Source: Methylohalobius crimeensis 10Ki
GTDB lineage: Bacteria > Pseudomonadota > Gammaproteobacteria > Methylococcales > Methylothermaceae
Assembly (NCBI RefSeq): GCF_000421465.1
Contig: NZ_ATXB01000002.1
Coordinates: 276,690 to 300,689, forward strand
Reading direction: 5' to 3'
Length of the DNA: 24,000 nt
In this document: in pieces, positions 22,920 to 24,000 of the stretch
How the letters are laid out: the number at the start of each line of letters is the position of its first letter
Position numbering within the stretch: the first letter of the stretch is position 1
Program-made: the position numbers and the translations under genes
Notes under the pieces: model-generated
Databases searched by the model: none
What the model was told of the DNA's origin: nothing
What the model saw: only the letters and a program-made list of their open reading frames with translations

Positions 22920-23942
22920 TCACCTCTTGTCGGAATCGTCCAATTCGGGCGGCACCCAGTTGAGGGCGATCCTCATGTTCCTGGACAGGGGGGCATCCGG
23001 GGCCCGGTAATTGTCCGATCGCAATTCGGGCGGGATCCAGGCTTCGGCAACCGCCGCGTTATGGGCCTCGAGTTCGGATGGGTTTCGGGAGCCGCTCCCT
23101 CCACTATCCCCCGGCGATGGGGTTTCCCACGCCTGCGCATAGGGCTCGTCGGGACCGAAAAACGTCGAAGCCCGCATGACGTAGCGCGTGCTAACGATCC
23201 CCGTGGTTTGGCAATACCGGGCGTAGCGTATGACACCGTCAAGCAGCGCCTCCGCTGCCACGCCGGCCTTGCGTCTGGCGGCCCATGCCCGGTAGGCGGC
23301 CTTCTTCGGATTGTTTCCCGATCGGCGGGGATAACACCGCCACGCTTCTTCGAACATGGTCGGGTAGGAAGTTTCCGGTAGGGATTTCTTCGGGTGACCG
23401 GAAGGGGGGCTGGCACGTGGGGGGCGATCGCCGTCAGGTGATGGCCCCTTAACATCTTTTCCCCCTGTTGTAGTCTCTGTTGTAGTCTCTGTAATAGTTT
23501 GCTGTCTCACAGCAAACTTGTTTGTGGTATCACGGCAAACTTGTTTGTTGAATTCACCAGACTTGTTTGTTGAATCCAGCAAACTGGAATCTTGCTCTTC
23601 GCATTCTTGTTTGCTGGATTCAACAAACTGGCATATGGCTTGGTTCAGAGCGGTTTCGTCCAATTGAAAGTACAATCTCGCGGGGACGCCTTTTCTCTCG
23701 ACGTGCAATATGCCCCGCTTGGTCAAAGCTTTCCGGGCCGCCTCCTGTTCGTAACGGGTCAGGCCGGTTTCCTCGGTCCAATCATGCATGCTCTTGTAGA
23801 ACCGCCGTCCCTCTACCCGCCGGTGCCAATAGACCATTTGGGAGAGAAAAACCGCGCCCGCGACGGATCCGGCAATGTCGACGAAGACGCGGTGATAGGC
23901 AATCGGCCTATCCAGGGCATCGATGTAGTTGATGCTATTCAT
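22920..23942 (-). CDS. Replication-initiator/organizer-like protein (winged-helix N-domain, low-complexity linker, phage-type C-domain)
   Basis: The N-terminus is IAYHRVFVDIAGSVAGAVFLSQMVYWH...DWTEETGLTRYEQEAARKALTKRGILHVERKGVPARLYFQLD. The C-terminus is FEEAWRCYPRRSGNNPKKAAYRAWAARRKAG...TFFGPDEPYAQAW. The linker is encoded by the iteron region. Confidence 0.65.
   Translation of the reverse strand: MNSINYIDALDRPIAYHRVFVDIAGSVAGAVFLSQMVYWHRRVEGRRFYKSMHDWTEETGLTRYEQEAARKALTKRGILHVERKGVPARLYFQLDETALNQAICQFVESSKQECEEQDSSLLDSTNKSGEFNKQVCRDTTNKFAVRQQTITETTTETTTGGKDVKGPSPDGDRPPRASPPSGHPKKSLPETSYPTMFEEAWRCYPRRSGNNPKKAAYRAWAARRKAGVAAEALLDGVIRYARYCQTTGIVSTRYVMRASTFFGPDEPYAQAWETPSPGDSGGSGSRNPSELEAHNAAVAEAWIPPELRSDNYRAPDAPLSRNMRIALNWVPPELDDSDKR
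23466..23501. repeat. 12-bp tandem repeat (2 perfect copies and 1 degenerate copy) inside the initiator gene
   Basis: TGTTGTAGTCTC occurs twice, followed by TGTAATAGTTTG. It encodes TITETTTETTT on the minus strand. Confidence 0.9.
23513..23631. repeat. Phased iteron-like repeats plus a 20-bp perfect inverted repeat inside the initiator gene; candidate origin
   Basis: ACTTGTTTGT cores lie at 23516, 23539 and 23561, with TCTTGTTTGC at 23606, giving a period of about 22.5 bp. GTTTGTTGAATCCAGCAAAC (23565-23584) is the exact reverse complement of 23609-23628. GC content is locally lower. Confidence 0.7.
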
Positions 23943-23980
23943 TAAACTGCCTCAAATTGCCGTTTTCCGAGCATCGGGCC
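23936..23980. repeat. Copy B of the 45-bp gene-junction repeat
   Basis: TTCATTAAACTGCCTCAAATTGCCGTTTTCCGAGCATCGGGCCGT. On the minus strand it encodes a 10-codon ORF, MLGKRQFEAV*, whose TAA overlaps the initiator ATG (TAATG). Confidence 0.85.
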
Positions 23981-24000
23981 GTTTCTTCACGACTGGAGTT

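Noticed and set aside
21051-22963. Plus-strand ORFs (21051-21620, 21617-22096, 21954-22496, 22310-22963) and the minus alternative-frame ORF 21251-21829.
   Set aside because: They are antisense or out of frame relative to a chain of translationally coupled minus-strand genes. They have no motifs and a biased composition.

Overview
High-GC proteobacterial DNA that reads as the accessory and maintenance region of a PFGI-1/ICEclc-type integrative conjugative element (ICE). No rRNA, tRNA or CRISPR array was found. All family names come from motif-level recognition by eye, not from searches.

Layout, left to right:
- 1-2949: conjugation core genes. These are the tail of an ICE gene, the TraD coupling ATPase and a PFL_4697-like membrane protein.
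- 2950-6920: a lower-GC block packed with toxin-antitoxin (TA) modules. It holds higBA, an orphan hicB-like antitoxin and two paralogous killer/antidote pairs. One killer gene is split by an IS4-family element with an 11-bp target duplication.
- 6981-8559, minus strand: a three-gene operon of a small RHH-like regulator, a tyrosine-recombinase-fold protein and a 119-aa unknown.
- 8560-10059: about 1.5 kb with no credible ORF. It carries a family of GTT-N7-AAC hairpin repeats with covarying stems, a 14-bp perfect inverted repeat and a strongly AT-rich tract.
- 10060-11306: a ParM-like actin ATPase with a small ParR-like gene.
- 11612-16411: a decayed defence/TA island. It contains an intact AlbA_2/COG2865-type protein with a 21-bp in-frame tandem repeat, a truncated mazF, a broken PIN toxin fused to a foreign C-terminal fragment, and a frameshifted second AlbA_2 gene.
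- 16620-17578: an unknown gene that needs a -1 shift on an A8 tract.
- 17752-19070: a transposase remnant, a low-GC islet encoding a secreted protein, and a GNAT remnant.
- 19070-23942, minus strand: a seven-gene, translationally coupled operon. It runs from a replication-initiator-like gene through a DUF2857-like protein, a bPH membrane protein and a Gly-zipper lipoprotein to a TraI_2-like protein whose HD motifs look degenerate.

Best candidates for something new:
- the hairpin-repeat array next to the recombinase operon;
- phased iterons and a 20-bp inverted repeat inside the replication-initiator gene;
- the composition of the seven-gene operon.
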